From: an uncultured delta proteobacterium | GTDB lineage: Bacteria; Desulfobacterota; BSN033; UBA1163 | Reading direction: 5' to 3' | Assembly (NCBI GenBank): GCA_963827685.1 | Contig: CAWHBU010000002.1 | Span: forward strand, 96,001 to 160,000 | DNA length: 64,000 nucleotides | Shown: in pieces, positions 10,101-20,694 of the stretch | Layout: each line of letters begins with the position of its first letter | Position numbering within the stretch: position 1 is the stretch's first letter | Notes under the pieces: model-generated | Seen by the model: the letters and a program-made list of their open reading frames with translations, nothing else | What the model was told of the DNA's origin: nothing | The model's database searches: none | Position numbers and translations under genes: made by a program

Positions 10101-11192
10101 TCAATCTCCAAAACAGGTTCCTAAAGAACGTGCAGCCCTTATCATTGGATGATTTGACGGGACTAATTTGGGTCCTTTGGATACCTCGTTCAAGGAAACC
10201 GTAACAAAAGAATTTCCTTTCACTCCCACCATCGCGCCAAAGTCCTTATCTTCTATCATATCCACTGCCCGGGCACCCAATCCGGTCGCTAATATCCTGT
10301 CAAACGAAGTAGGGGGGCCGCCTCTTAAAAGGTGTCCCATCACGACTGTACGGGTTTCAACACCTGTGGTCTTTTCTATCTGCTTCCCGAGCACAAAACC
10401 AATGCCTCCCAGGCGAATGGGATCTGGACTCTCTTTCACGATCCTTTGTATGACGATATCGCCCCCTTTGGGTTTCGCCCCTTCAGCGATCACCACAATG
10501 CTGAACCTTTTCCCCTTACGATTTCTTTCTTTTACTTTTTCAGCAATCGCTTGGATGTCGTAGGGAATTTCAGGAATGAGAAGAATATCTCCTCCTCCAG
10601 CCACTCCAGAATAGAGAGCAATCCATCCCGCCTTATGTCCCATGACCTCTACAATCATCATTCGATGAAGGGATTCGGCGGTGGTGTGGATTCTGTCAAT
10701 TCCTTCGGTAGCAATGGATACGGCAGAGTTAAAACCAAAAGTGATATCCGTTCCTCTTAAGTCATTATCGATTGTTTTCGGCAATCCCACAACAGGGATC
10801 CCGTCTTTAAAAAATTGATAAGCAATCCCAAGTGTTCCATCCCCCCCGATGCATACCAGACAACTTAGACCAAGATTGTTTATATTTTGAATGGCCACCT
10901 TTGACATATCTCGGAATTCTAATCTATTCCCTTTCTTGACAGCATAGTGATAAGGATTCGCAGTTTTCGAGGTTCCCAAAATGGTACCGCCCAAAGTCAG
11001 TATTCCCGAAACATCATGATCGTCAAGGATCCTCCATCGTTTATTTACGAGCCCGTGATAGCCATCTTCTATACCGATCACTTCCATGTTTTTTTCATGA
11101 ATGGCCTTCTTCGCCACAGCTCTGATTACAGCGTTGATACCCGGACAATCCCCTCCGCCCGTAAGAATCGCAATTCTCTTTTTCTTTCTCAT
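10101..11192 (-). CDS. pfkA: 6-phosphofructokinase
   Basis: TGGGDCPGINA, GGTILGT, GGDGT, PKTIDND, EVMG, GHLLRGG. Confidence 0.93.
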   Translation of the reverse strand: MRKKKRIAILTGGGDCPGINAVIRAVAKKAIHEKNMEVIGIEDGYHGLVNKRWRILDDHDVSGILTLGGTILGTSKTANPYHYAVKKGNRLEFRDMSKVAIQNINNLGLSCLVCIGGDGTLGIAYQFFKDGIPVVGLPKTIDNDLRGTDITFGFNSAVSIATEGIDRIHTTAESLHRMMIVEVMGHKAGWIALYSGVAGGGDILLIPEIPYDIQAIAEKVKERNRKGKRFSIVVIAEGAKPKGGDIVIQRIVKESPDPIRLGGIGFVLGKQIEKTTGVETRTVVMGHLLRGGPPTSFDRILATGLGARAVDMIEDKDFGAMVGVKGNSFVTVSLNEVSKGPKLVPSNHPMIRAARSLGTCFGD

Positions 11193-11211
11193 GTCCCCCT
11201 TGCCTTTAGGA

Positions 11212-13488
11212 TCATCCGTTTGATTTTCTTACAAATCGATAGGTCATTCCCGCCGAAATCAGCAAAGGAACCACACCCAATAAAATGAAGACGGCATCAG
11301 CCGGCAAGCGCATCCACTCGATCAGGGTTGTGATCCGATCATTTAAAAACTCAGGGCTTCTTGCATGCCAGTATCCGTTCTTTAAGACATCAAAGAACTG
11401 GAGCACTCCCCCGGGAAAAAGATTTAAAACGACCATCCCTGCCAGGCCAATATTCAATCCCCAGAAGGAGACCCGGATATATTTCTCCACATGTCTCCAT
11501 TCTTCATCGGTCAATACCTGCCGGAAAGCAAAAACCATGAATGCAATGGCGAACATTCCGAACACGCCCATCATCGCAGCATGGCCGTGATTGGGGGTGA
11601 GGAGGGTGCCGACTTCGAAATAGCTGACAATGGGCAGGTTAATGAGAAACCCAAATATTCCCGCACCAACAAAATTCCAGAATCCGACAGACATCATAAA
11701 GTAAAATGTCCATTTGTGTGGAATCGAGATTTCTTTGCCACAGATGTCGCATTTTCCCTTGGACAACTTAATAAAGTCCCAGGCATCCAGCGTGAGCAAG
11801 GTCAGCGGTACAACCTCCATAGCGGAAAACGTCGCGGCAAGAGCCATTGTAATATTTGATTGTCCTGTCCAATACCAGTGATGCGCCGTGCCGATGATGC
11901 CGCCCCCGAGGAAAAGAATCGCATCTAAGTAAATGACCCGGGTTGCCGTTTGTCGGGATACCATCCCCAGCTTGTAGAAGAGGACAGCCACCATCGTGGT
12001 GACAAAGAGTTCAAAGAAGCCTTCCACCCACAGATGGATAATCCAAAAACGCCAGTTGTCCACCACGGTGTAGTGAGTGGTGCTGGTGAAGAACATGGCG
12101 GGTAGATAAAACAGAGGAATTGCAAGAGCCGCCAACAGGAAGAGGGTGGAAATCTCACGTTCTTCCGGTTTTTTTCTTACAGGACTGCTCGCTCTGAATA
12201 TCAAGATGAGCCAAACGATCAGGCCGATCGCCAACAAAATTTGCCAGGCGCGACCCAGGTCAAGATATTCCCAACCCTGATGTCCGAACCAGAACCATAG
12301 TTTCCCGAGGAGCTGATAGACGCCAAACATCTCACCCAGCAGGCTGCCCAAGACAACGATGACCAGTGCCACAAAGAGAAAGTTGATCCATTTTGCCTGG
12401 CCTTTTGGTTCTCTGCCTCCCAATGAGGTGGCGAGAAACAACCCTCCTGCGATATAGCCGGTGGCTATCCAAAAGATGGCCAACTGTAAATGCCAGGTAC
12501 GAAAGACATTGCCCGGAAAGAATGAAGACAGATCAATGCCATAGAAACTTCCTGGATCGGCGCGGTAGTGAGCCGTTGCGCCTCCGACGAGGACCTGGGC
12601 TAAAAATAGCAAGACGACGACGGCGAAATACTTTATCGTTGCTTTCTGGCTTTCGGCGGCCTCCCCAGGGATCATTTGAGGATGGATATGTTCGCCCCCA
12701 CCTCTCCAGCCAAGAAAATTGAATCTGCCGAAGGAGAAGAGAACAATGGCTGTTCCGGCAAGGAGGGTAATAAGGCTCAGGGCGCTCCAGAGGACTACGT
12801 CACTGGTGGGTATATTTCCGACCGTGGGATCGTAAGGAAAATTATTTGTATAAGAAAATATCTTACCAGGACGATTTGATGCAGAGGCCCAGGCGGTCCA
12901 GGCAAAGAAAGCGGTCAGTTGCTGGAGCTCTTTTGGATCCTTGATATGGTTGATCAACAAGCCTCGATTTAATCGCGGTTGGGCAAAATATTCCGTCCAC
13001 TTTCTTATTTGGTTTCCGTAAGACATTACTTCAGGAAGGGTGAAGGTCAATGTTTTGGTCTGCAGGTTATAGCGATTCTGTTTCAGCAACTGCTGGACTT
13101 CTGCGCTGACGGCAGCTCGTTCAGCCGATGTGAGGTCCAGCCACTCGCGATGGTAATTCTGTTTTGAAAGGTGGACACTCGTATCCATGGCAAGCGTGTG
13201 CAGATACTCTGCAGAGAAATCAGGCCCGAGATAGGCTCCATGCCCCCAGATTGTTCCATTCTCCATCAGTCCGTATTTCAAGAAGACTTCTTGGCCAGTG
13301 ACGATATCTTTGCGGGTAAAGATCGTTTCTCCGGATGGACCCACAACATTTTCTGGGATGGGAGGGGCATCCTCATAGACCCTAACGGACATCCATATCA
13401 AAACGGCAAACCCTATCACCAAGACAAGGATGACAGAGTTTCTCCACCAAGGAGAGAGTTTTTCGGAAGGGATATTTTTATCTACCAT
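11212..13488 (-). CDS. norZ: Quinol-dependent nitric oxide reductase (qNOR, long-chain NorB/NorZ)
   Basis: IWGHGAYLGPDF, YTNNFPYD, HLWVEGFFE, GTAHHWY, HGHAAMMGVFG; many TM helices; start 13488 after AAGGAG. Confidence 0.93.
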   Translation of the reverse strand: MVDKNIPSEKLSPWWRNSVILVLVIGFAVLIWMSVRVYEDAPPIPENVVGPSGETIFTRKDIVTGQEVFLKYGLMENGTIWGHGAYLGPDFSAEYLHTLAMDTSVHLSKQNYHREWLDLTSAERAAVSAEVQQLLKQNRYNLQTKTLTFTLPEVMSYGNQIRKWTEYFAQPRLNRGLLINHIKDPKELQQLTAFFAWTAWASASNRPGKIFSYTNNFPYDPTVGNIPTSDVVLWSALSLITLLAGTAIVLFSFGRFNFLGWRGGGEHIHPQMIPGEAAESQKATIKYFAVVVLLFLAQVLVGGATAHYRADPGSFYGIDLSSFFPGNVFRTWHLQLAIFWIATGYIAGGLFLATSLGGREPKGQAKWINFLFVALVIVVLGSLLGEMFGVYQLLGKLWFWFGHQGWEYLDLGRAWQILLAIGLIVWLILIFRASSPVRKKPEEREISTLFLLAALAIPLFYLPAMFFTSTTHYTVVDNWRFWIIHLWVEGFFELFVTTMVAVLFYKLGMVSRQTATRVIYLDAILFLGGGIIGTAHHWYWTGQSNITMALAATFSAMEVVPLTLLTLDAWDFIKLSKGKCDICGKEISIPHKWTFYFMMSVGFWNFVGAGIFGFLINLPIVSYFEVGTLLTPNHGHAAMMGVFGMFAIAFMVFAFRQVLTDEEWRHVEKYIRVSFWGLNIGLAGMVVLNLFPGGVLQFFDVLKNGYWHARSPEFLNDRITTLIEWMRLPADAVFILLGVVPLLISAGMTYRFVRKSNG

Positions 13489-13509
13489 TGTGTTCTCCTT
13501 CGTCCGCAT

Positions 13510-14631
13510 CTATTTCTCCAGTTGTCGAGGATATTCGGTAAGGATAATCGGTCCTTTCGGACCCACCACCACGGTATCTTCTACCCGAAGGCCCCATGGA
13601 CCCGTGTACAATCCACAATTACCTATTGCGATGACCACATTCGCCTCCAGAGGAGGTGGTTCTTTCTCTCCATGGAAGAAGGCATGGCCTGGAGGCAGCG
13701 GTGATTCTTCGAAGTCGATGCCCACACCGTGGATGAGCGGTCCAAAGATATGGTCGTCATGTCCTCCTCCTTTAATCACCTCATGGAGTGTCTGTTCCAA
13801 CTCAACCATTCCAACTCCTGTCTTAATCTTGGCGATTGTGGTTTGTTGAGCTTTTAGATACAGGTCATAAGCCGCTTGCTGTTCAGCCGTCGGTTTGCCT
13901 ACGCATACAGTCCGGCATATATCTGCACTATAACCGTTGACAATAGGATGGATGTCAATTATCACCAAATCACCAGCCTGCAATTTACGAAGTGTTGGCA
14001 GGCCATGGGCAATATTCGTACGTGGACCAGAGGAGACATAAGTGCGCCAGAACTCCTCGGCACCGGCTCGTCGCATGGCATACTCCGCTTTGGCCGCCAC
14101 CTGACTCTCCGTCATACCTGATTTCAAAGCCCCCACGGCTGCTTTCATTCCCTTTACAGCCACTTTTGCCGCGGCTTTGATGCGCCTGATCTCCTCCTTA
14201 TCCTTGACGATACGAAGCTCAGATAGGAGATGGGTACAGTCTTTGACGGTAATACCAGTCGGTTTTGCATGGGGATGGGTAAGCATGCCCATCATGGACT
14301 GTGTTAGGTGAGTGTACTCCAGACCTACTGCCCCTTCTTTGACTCCAAAGTGTTCAAAGTTGTGGGCAATGGAGTGGATCATGCCTACTTCGTCGTCGAA
14401 GCCAACGATGTGATCAAAGTGTGCGAGTTGTTTTACATCCACTACATCAGTCTGTGGGACGCCCAAGGCCACCTTCCCATCCTGAGCAATCATGGCATAG
14501 GCGCATAACCGCCCATCTCCTGTAAGATAGAACATATTGGAAGGCTTGGTGAGCAAGAGGACGTTGAGTCCGGCCTCTTTCATCAATTGGCTACATCGTT
14601 TTAGACGCTCCGGGTATTGTTGACCAGACAT
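13510..14631 (-). CDS. Xaa-Pro peptidase family (M24) metallopeptidase
   Basis: Creatinase-like N-domain (NMFYLTG), LRIVKDKEEI, GYSADICRT, HGVG, GLRVEDTV. Confidence 0.88.
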   Translation of the reverse strand: MSGQQYPERLKRCSQLMKEAGLNVLLLTKPSNMFYLTGDGRLCAYAMIAQDGKVALGVPQTDVVDVKQLAHFDHIVGFDDEVGMIHSIAHNFEHFGVKEGAVGLEYTHLTQSMMGMLTHPHAKPTGITVKDCTHLLSELRIVKDKEEIRRIKAAAKVAVKGMKAAVGALKSGMTESQVAAKAEYAMRRAGAEEFWRTYVSSGPRTNIAHGLPTLRKLQAGDLVIIDIHPIVNGYSADICRTVCVGKPTAEQQAAYDLYLKAQQTTIAKIKTGVGMVELEQTLHEVIKGGGHDDHIFGPLIHGVGIDFEESPLPPGHAFFHGEKEPPPLEANVVIAIGNCGLYTGPWGLRVEDTVVVGPKGPIILTEYPRQLEK

Positions 14632-14646
14632 TTCTGAGCCTCCTTT

Positions 14647-14693
14647 TAATCCCCCCCCAACCCCCCTTTTATAAAGGAGGGTTGGGGGGATTA
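14647..14693. repeat. C/G-tract palindrome, same family as 10030-10078
   Basis: TAATCCCCCCCCAACCCCCCTTTT-ATAAAGGAGGGTTGGGGGGATTA. Confidence 0.75.
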
Positions 14694-15944
14694 TTACTTC
14701 TTTTTTGCCTTTTCACGCATTTCTGCTGCCATTTCCTTGATCTCTGTCAAATCCCTCTGCATCTCACTCCAGCCATACCAGAGCGAATAATCCGGGTTGG
14801 CGTGGAATGTCCCTTGGAATGCCCTCATCCGATGCTCGAGAAACATAACAAAGAGTTTCTGCTCAATCACTGTTGGGGCGTCATGGAAAGTAAGTAGATC
14901 CGGAAATGGATAAGCATAGTTTTTAGGCTTGGGAAGGACTCCATCTTTATACAAAGCGGCCACTGTTAGGATGGCCTCAGCCATTAGACGATCAGCGTCT
15001 TTGATCATCATGTCGCCTTTTGCCAGCTCTCCTTTGGCAAAATTGACAGAATGGCAACGATTGCAGGTCTTAATCATCTTCTCCCGTTCCTTCTGCCAAT
15101 CTTCTTGGGTGAGCCGTGCCACATTCGCCGCCTTCACGACATCTAAGCGCGCTGTAGGTTTCCCCTCGGGGTCAAGGACTCCAAGGGCTTGGAGGATGGT
15201 AACACGATCGGCCGCCCACTGTTTGTCTTCTGGTAATGGCAGTCTTACCGCAAGAAATCCCCAGGCTGTCAGGACACCATGATTTCCCCCTTGCATATGG
15301 CAGGTCTGGCAGGTTGGGGCGGAAACGGTGGAGGGAAGTATCTTGATTTGCTTAAGCAGGTATCGAACACCATGTTTTGAACCAGAATACATCTCCCATT
15401 GAGGATGGTCGAAACCCATATGACAGGTCTGGCAGGCCTGTGGTTGCTTGGCTTCTTGAACCGAGAAGGTATGCCGGGTATGGCAGGCATCACACGAGGC
15501 GATACCAAATCCCGCTCCGCTCTTTCTCAGTTCTCTTATCTCTCCCTCTGATTTCAGTCCAATCTTGTGGCATCCTCCACAGCCTTTCATTCCTTCGATC
15601 AATTCCATGGGCTGCCAATGTATGGTAGGCATTGCTTTCATCGCTGCCCATGCTGCAGCATGCTTTCCGCTTTTGAATTGTTTTACCTGGGCTTCATGGC
15701 AGGCGGCACAGGTATCCGGCGTTGGAATCTTAACCTTCGCTACGTCTTGTGCAGATTTGTGTTGATCGCCATGGCATTCTGAACAGTCAATCTTATTTTG
15801 GCTGTGCTTGCTCAGTTGCCAGTCCGAGACAATATTCGGAGTAATCTTTTTATGGCATTCCACACATGGCTGGGCTGAAACAGCAGAAACGAAGACCAAA
15901 CTCAAAAAAATGATAAGCGTCGTTCGAAATGTTATTCGTCCCAT
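14694..15944 (-). CDS. Octaheme cytochrome c, hydroxylamine-oxidoreductase (HAO) family
   Basis: Signal peptide; eight CxxCH motifs (CVECH, CSECH, CAACH, CGGCH, CDACH, CQTCH, CQTCH, CNRCH); HTRHTFS...A..P..C..CHMG.DH..WEMY..SKHG; C-terminal HANPDY. Confidence 0.9.
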   Translation of the reverse strand: MGRITFRTTLIIFLSLVFVSAVSAQPCVECHKKITPNIVSDWQLSKHSQNKIDCSECHGDQHKSAQDVAKVKIPTPDTCAACHEAQVKQFKSGKHAAAWAAMKAMPTIHWQPMELIEGMKGCGGCHKIGLKSEGEIRELRKSGAGFGIASCDACHTRHTFSVQEAKQPQACQTCHMGFDHPQWEMYSGSKHGVRYLLKQIKILPSTVSAPTCQTCHMQGGNHGVLTAWGFLAVRLPLPEDKQWAADRVTILQALGVLDPEGKPTARLDVVKAANVARLTQEDWQKEREKMIKTCNRCHSVNFAKGELAKGDMMIKDADRLMAEAILTVAALYKDGVLPKPKNYAYPFPDLLTFHDAPTVIEQKLFVMFLEHRMRAFQGTFHANPDYSLWYGWSEMQRDLTEIKEMAAEMREKAKKK

Positions 15945-16012
15945 ATTTCCCTCCTTGTGAAAGTAAATTCCAATTAGATCAATAAGGTTTATAAGAACTC
16001 TTTACATTGGAC

Positions 16013-16993
16013 TTAAAATAAGCTGAATTTAAAATATTTCTTTGGGTGCTCTTTAATATCTTTCGCCAAGCCCTCCAATTCGGAGCTCAATTTCCTAAGT
16101 TCCAGGAGGAGATCTCGTAGCTCCTTTGCAAGTTCTTCATCGCTGACTAAGGCTCCTGCCATCCCTTTGCCTTTTTCTACTCCTTCCAAGATAGAGGAGA
16201 GCCGCGAAGACGCCTTATTGAGGTTCTCGTACAATTCAGGATCTTCAATCAGCTTTTTCAATGTCCCGGACCCCTGGTTCAGTTTTCTGCTAAATTCTTC
16301 GATCGATGAAATCGTTGTTAAGGCTTTGTTGTAGAGAGATGGGTTTTCGATGACCATCTTCAGGGTGCCCTCTGAATTTTTTATGTCTTCTAATAGCAGA
16401 GAGAGGGTCTGAGTGGACTTCTTTAGATTATTATAGATAGTGGGGTCGGTGAAAAATTTAGCAATGGTCCCTTCCCCCTTTTCCATTTTCGTCACAAAGA
16501 TATCGAGTTTGTTTATGAAGTCGCCCATTTTTCCGATGGCTACGGAAGTGGTCTCCATGATTTGGGAGAACTGAATTGGCTCTGTTCCCTTGATCATCTC
16601 GCCGGGTTGGAGTGGCTCTGCTTGGGGGGAGCCAGCGCTCAGTTCAATGTATTTGTCGCCAAGAAGTCCCATGGTCAGAATACTCGCTTGAGAGTCTTTT
16701 TTAAGAAATGTCAAAGCACTCTTATTAATAGAAATAGTCACGATGGCTCCATAAACTGGATCCAAATGGATGTTTCTTACTGAACCTACCTCTGTGCCGA
16801 ATATCCAGACAGGGGCACCTCTTCTTAACCCTATCACATCACGAAACCCTGCTTTCAACTCCGTCTTTGGTGAAAATATTTTCTCGATGTTGCCTGCAAA
16901 AAATACGGCCACCAATAGTGCTAAAAAGGCAATGGTGATTACCAAACCAGCTTTTAGTTTTGACCATCTCATCTGCTTTTTAATATCAAACAT
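16013..16993 (-). CDS. mlaD: MlaD/MCE-family substrate-binding protein
   Basis: N-terminal TM; GLRRGAPV...GTEVGSV; TMGLLGDKYIEL; helical C-terminus. Confidence 0.88.
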   Translation of the reverse strand: MFDIKKQMRWSKLKAGLVITIAFLALLVAVFFAGNIEKIFSPKTELKAGFRDVIGLRRGAPVWIFGTEVGSVRNIHLDPVYGAIVTISINKSALTFLKKDSQASILTMGLLGDKYIELSAGSPQAEPLQPGEMIKGTEPIQFSQIMETTSVAIGKMGDFINKLDIFVTKMEKGEGTIAKFFTDPTIYNNLKKSTQTLSLLLEDIKNSEGTLKMVIENPSLYNKALTTISSIEEFSRKLNQGSGTLKKLIEDPELYENLNKASSRLSSILEGVEKGKGMAGALVSDEELAKELRDLLLELRKLSSELEGLAKDIKEHPKKYFKFSLF

Positions 16994-17021
16994 TTTAGTC
17001 TCCTCAATTGGTGCCCCCCTC

Positions 17022-17768
17022 TTAGGAGGATGCCGGCAAGGGGGGACTTAACTCCGTCAGAAATACATGAATCTCCGGCATGGATGACTGCATCAACTGG
17101 TCTTTGTTGCCGTCAAACATGATCGAGCCATTTTTTAGAAACATGAATCTCTCCGCCAGTCTGAGAGCATCGAAAACCTTATGGGTAACGATAATAAAGC
17201 CTTTTCCGTCTTTGGCTAAGTCGAGAATTAACTTGCATATATTATCCGCATTCACAGGGTCGAGCCCGGTGGTCGCTTCATCGTACAGAAACATCTTGGG
17301 ATCAAAAGCTGCCAAGGACCTTATAATGGCAACCCTTCTGTGCATGCCACCGCTCAGTTCTTCAGGCATCAATTCCATTGCGTGCTGCACGCCAACCTTC
17401 CCGAGTAGTTCTCTCACCTTCTGATCGATCTCCTCTTCGGTCATTTTCGTCCATTCCCTCAAACCAAAGGCTACATTTTCCTTTACATTGAGCGAGTCAA
17501 AAAGGGCCCCTTCCTGGAAAACAATGCTGAATTTCGTCCTGACTTCCCTGAGTTCGTCTTCTTTTTTATCAGTGATATCTTCCCCATCAATAATAATTCT
17601 TCCGGAATCGGGTCTCAAAAGTCCCAATATGAGTTTGAGCAGTGTTGTCTTCCCGTCCCCACTTCCTCCAAGAATGGCTACCCTTTCATTGAAAGGGATG
17701 GAAAAACTGACATCTTTCAAGACTTGCTGTATCCCGTAGGAAAATGAGACTCGGTCGAATACAATCAT
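17022..17768 (-). CDS. mlaF: MlaF-like ABC ATP-binding protein
   Basis: GGSGDGKT, FQEGALFDSL, LSGGM, LYDEATTGLDP; start 17768 overlaps the mlaE stop (ATGA). Confidence 0.88.
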   Translation of the reverse strand: MIVFDRVSFSYGIQQVLKDVSFSIPFNERVAILGGSGDGKTTLLKLILGLLRPDSGRIIIDGEDITDKKEDELREVRTKFSIVFQEGALFDSLNVKENVAFGLREWTKMTEEEIDQKVRELLGKVGVQHAMELMPEELSGGMHRRVAIIRSLAAFDPKMFLYDEATTGLDPVNADNICKLILDLAKDGKGFIIVTHKVFDALRLAERFMFLKNGSIMFDGNKDQLMQSSMPEIHVFLTELSPPLPASS

Positions 17769-18544
17769 AATGAGAAACCCAAAATATAAAATAATGCCCG
17801 TGTGAGCATAAAGTCGGCAACAATGATCATGATAAACGATGCGACTACGGCCCTCGTCGTTGCCCGTCTGAGGCCTATAGCTCCACCTTTTGTGGAAAGT
17901 CCCATATAACAGCTGATGCATGCGATCAGGTATCCAAAGATGAAGGGTTTGACAAAACCTGACAGAACATTCTCAAAGTTAAGCACGCCTCGAATCGAAC
18001 TCCAGTAGACCGAAGCACTTTGATGGCTTACAAACACCGCTATGTAATAGCCTCCTAAGATTGAGACAGTATCCCCTATAATGGTCAGGGCTGGGAGCAT
18101 GATGAGCGAGCCCAGTATCCTTGGGGTGACCAACTTTCTTACCGGGTCCACTCCGAAAACTCTGAGCGTATCCACCTGATGCCCGAGAATCATGGAACCC
18201 AGTTCTGATGCCATGCCAGAACCCACTCGACCGGCAAATACCAATGCGGCCATCACAGGTCCGATCTCCCTGACAATTGAAACACCTACGATCTTTCCAA
18301 TGTACATTTTGAATCCCAGGCCTGAAAGTTCAGCAGAAAGTTGGAGTGAGAGGGCCATCCCGATGAAAAGGGAGATAAGGAGAATGATGAAGAACGAACC
18401 TGCTCCCGAGTAGTCCATCTGCTCAATGATATCCTTCGAGTAAAAGGGCCTTCTCACCAAACCCAAAAGGCCCTGAAAGGAGAGGAGGTAGAAATCCTGA
18501 AGGTCGCTGATCAACTCTTTTATTCGTATATTTTCCCTTTTCAT
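17765..18544 (-). CDS. mlaE: MlaE-family ABC permease
   Basis: REIGPV...AGRVGSGMASELGSM...QVDTL...GVDP..KLVTPR. Confidence 0.9.
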   Translation of the reverse strand: MKRENIRIKELISDLQDFYLLSFQGLLGLVRRPFYSKDIIEQMDYSGAGSFFIILLISLFIGMALSLQLSAELSGLGFKMYIGKIVGVSIVREIGPVMAALVFAGRVGSGMASELGSMILGHQVDTLRVFGVDPVRKLVTPRILGSLIMLPALTIIGDTVSILGGYYIAVFVSHQSASVYWSSIRGVLNFENVLSGFVKPFIFGYLIACISCYMGLSTKGGAIGLRRATTRAVVASFIMIIVADFMLTRALFYILGFSL

Positions 18545-18980
18545 CAGGTTACCATCAAACCGTTAATGTTCTTCCATTTGGTCCATCGAACCTCGGATCA
18601 ACCCTTTTTGGGGTCTTATTGTGGCCCCCTCACCATCTTCTGGGTAGTTCATATCGAAAAATATGGCTGGAAAATAGTGTATCAGATTTCCTATGAATTT
18701 ATGGGAAAAAGGTGAATAAGTCAATAAGGTAATATGACCTATTTTAAGATGAAAAAACCTGTATTTTTTTCCGAAATTCCTAAATTTTCGGTGGGTGTCC
18801 GAACCGTCTTCAAAGTAATTCGTTGGGAAAGAACATCCCCAGGAGGTGTTTTAGCGAAGAAGATAAGTCATCTCGCTGAAACGGCCAAGGCATTTGAGAA
18901 GGCGATTGAATAGATAAGATCTGGATGATCAAGGAAATACTTTATTTTTTAGCTTAAAATACGGGATTTGCCCTATTTAT

Positions 18981-19533
18981 TAAAATCGCATCTGAAAACC
19001 CCTTCCTGTGGACGGGGATGAAAGATGCGTCTGCTGAAGGCAGAAAAATGTGGTATATGAAAGTGCATGACTATCCGAAGAGCTGCTCACGCTGTCTATG
19101 ACACAAAATATCACTTGGTATGGGCGCCGAAGTATCGGAAATGGATTAAGAGACAAGATATCAGGGATAAGGCGCAGGAGATATTTGGAGAAGTTGCAGA
19201 AAATTATGGTTTTGACATTCAGGAGATGAGAGTGGCACCGGATCATGTTCATATATTCTTGAGTTTTCCGCCGAGATATTCGATTGCACGGGTAGTAGGG
19301 ATGCTGAAGAGTATTTCTGCGAGTCAGATATTTGAGGAATTTCCGGAAGTGAAGAAAGAGCTTTGGGGAGGGGAATTTTGGGAGGATGGGTATTTTGCGA
19401 GGACCGTGGGGGATAAAATCACGGCGGATTTGATCAAGCGCTACATCAAATATCATCGAGACGAGGTTCATGGTAAGCAACTAAAATTGTTTTAAGGGTT
19501 TTAAAGCCCCGCCTTGTAGGCGGGGTTCTTTAC
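18981..19533 (+). mobile_element. IS200-type element (IS200/IS605 family, tnpA only)
   Basis: Left hairpin CGCATCT...CCCC/GGGG...AGATGCG (18987-19029) preceded by TTTAT; right hairpin GCCCCGCCT-TGT-AGGCGGGGT ending TTAC; no tnpB. Exact ends are inferred. Confidence 0.8.
19067..19495 (+). CDS. tnpA: IS200/IS605 family Y1 HUH transposase
   Basis: HAVYDTKYHLVWAPKYR, DHVH (HUH), LWGGEFWEDGYFARTVG, RYIKY. Confidence 0.95.
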   Translation: MTIRRAAHAVYDTKYHLVWAPKYRKWIKRQDIRDKAQEIFGEVAENYGFDIQEMRVAPDHVHIFLSFPPRYSIARVVGMLKSISASQIFEEFPEVKKELWGGEFWEDGYFARTVGDKITADLIKRYIKYHRDEVHGKQLKLF

Positions 19534-19589
19534 TTCTGAGTCCGTCATCATTATTATCTTTTATTAGCAATACGGAGATTTAGATATTA

Positions 19590-20694
19590 TTGAGTTTCGC
19601 ATAAATAATGGAACGCTACTCTCTAGTCCATGGGAGATCAGAAGCATAGATGCATGACCGGAGGAGTTTCTGTGATTGCCTGAGTCTTCGTCTCGAGTTT
19701 CGAAGCATTTTCTTAAGATCATTTAGACTTTCCGGTACACTGTTGGACAAGGCACGGTCAGTCTGGTTCCAAACATACTCAGCCGGATTAAGCTCGGGAG
19801 CATAGGCCGGAAAGTATTCCATATGAATTCTAGGGTGCCGAAGAAGAAACTGTTTAACTTCCTTTCGCCGATGGATGGTGGCTCGATCCCACAACAGGAA
19901 CATGGGTCCCCTGATATGTTGGAGCAGTTCTTTAAGAAAAGACCGAACATCCAGACCGGTGAGGTTCCATGCCCGAAATCGGAGATAAAGGGCCAACCGC
20001 TTTCGTTTCGGGGAGACCGACAAAGCACTGATAGAGGAAATCCTATCCTGTTTGTACAGGTGGTAGAAGACAGGGGTTTTCCCTTTTGGAGCCCAGGTGC
20101 GGCGAATGTTTGGAATGAGTAAGAAGCCAGACTCATCAAGAAAGACCAGCTGGGCCCCAAGTCTTTTGGCGTTTTTTTATATGCGGCCACCGGTGAACCT
20201 TCCAATGTACGATCTCTTTGTCGTCCCTTTGTAACGCCCGACGCTCTGGTTTCTGACAACTCCATCCCATGCCCTGAAGCAACCGCCACACATGATTGGG
20301 GTGATACCGGATACGAAAGTGTTTCAGAATGGTTTGAGCGATCCGCTTCAATGTCCACAGATCGGTCCGATATCCTGCGGCCAGAGGACCCGCCAAAAGC
20401 AGTTCCGCTAACTTCTCTTTCTCGATTCGAGACAGCTTCGGAGGACGTCCTGGAATGGCCTTCGAGCGAAGGGCCTCCGATCCGCCTTCTTGGTACTGTT
20501 GAAACCATCGGAAGACTGAGCTTTTTGATGCCCCCACCGAACGCGCTATGGCCGAAAGACTGGCCTTGCCTTCTTTCAACAACGAAATGGCGCCTCGACG
20601 GCGCTTCTCCAGTTCCTCTTGGGATCCATGGGGTCTCATGCCCCATATTATAGCAGAAAAAGTTAAAACGTTCCATTATTTATGCGAAAGTCAA
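19590..20694 (-). mobile_element. IS630-family insertion sequence, copy 1 (1105 bp)
   Basis: Terminal inverted repeats TTGAGTTTCGCATAAATAATGGAACG / CGTTCCATTATTTATGCGAAAGTCAA, flanked by TA on both sides; second copy at 34733-35837. Confidence 0.95.
19616..20639 (-). CDS. IS630 transposase split into two ORFs (HTH ORF 20136-20639; DDE ORF entered at the A7 tract 20172-20178)
   Basis: HTH/winged-helix GRPPKLS...WTL...GWSCQKPERRA; the downstream frame gives VFLDESGF...WAPKG...LWDRATIH...PAYAPELNPAEYVW. Confidence 0.9.

Noticed and set aside
18980-19480. 166-aa minus-strand ORF
   Set aside because: Antisense shadow of the IS200 tnpA gene with no recognisable motifs.
19495-19590. tnpB or omega-RNA downstream of tnpA
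   Set aside because: The right-end hairpin follows the tnpA stop almost immediately, leaving no room for tnpB.
19723-20676. 317-aa ORF (also at 34866..35819)
   Set aside because: Alternative frame across the IS630 transposase; the HTH and DDE motifs lie in the other two frames.
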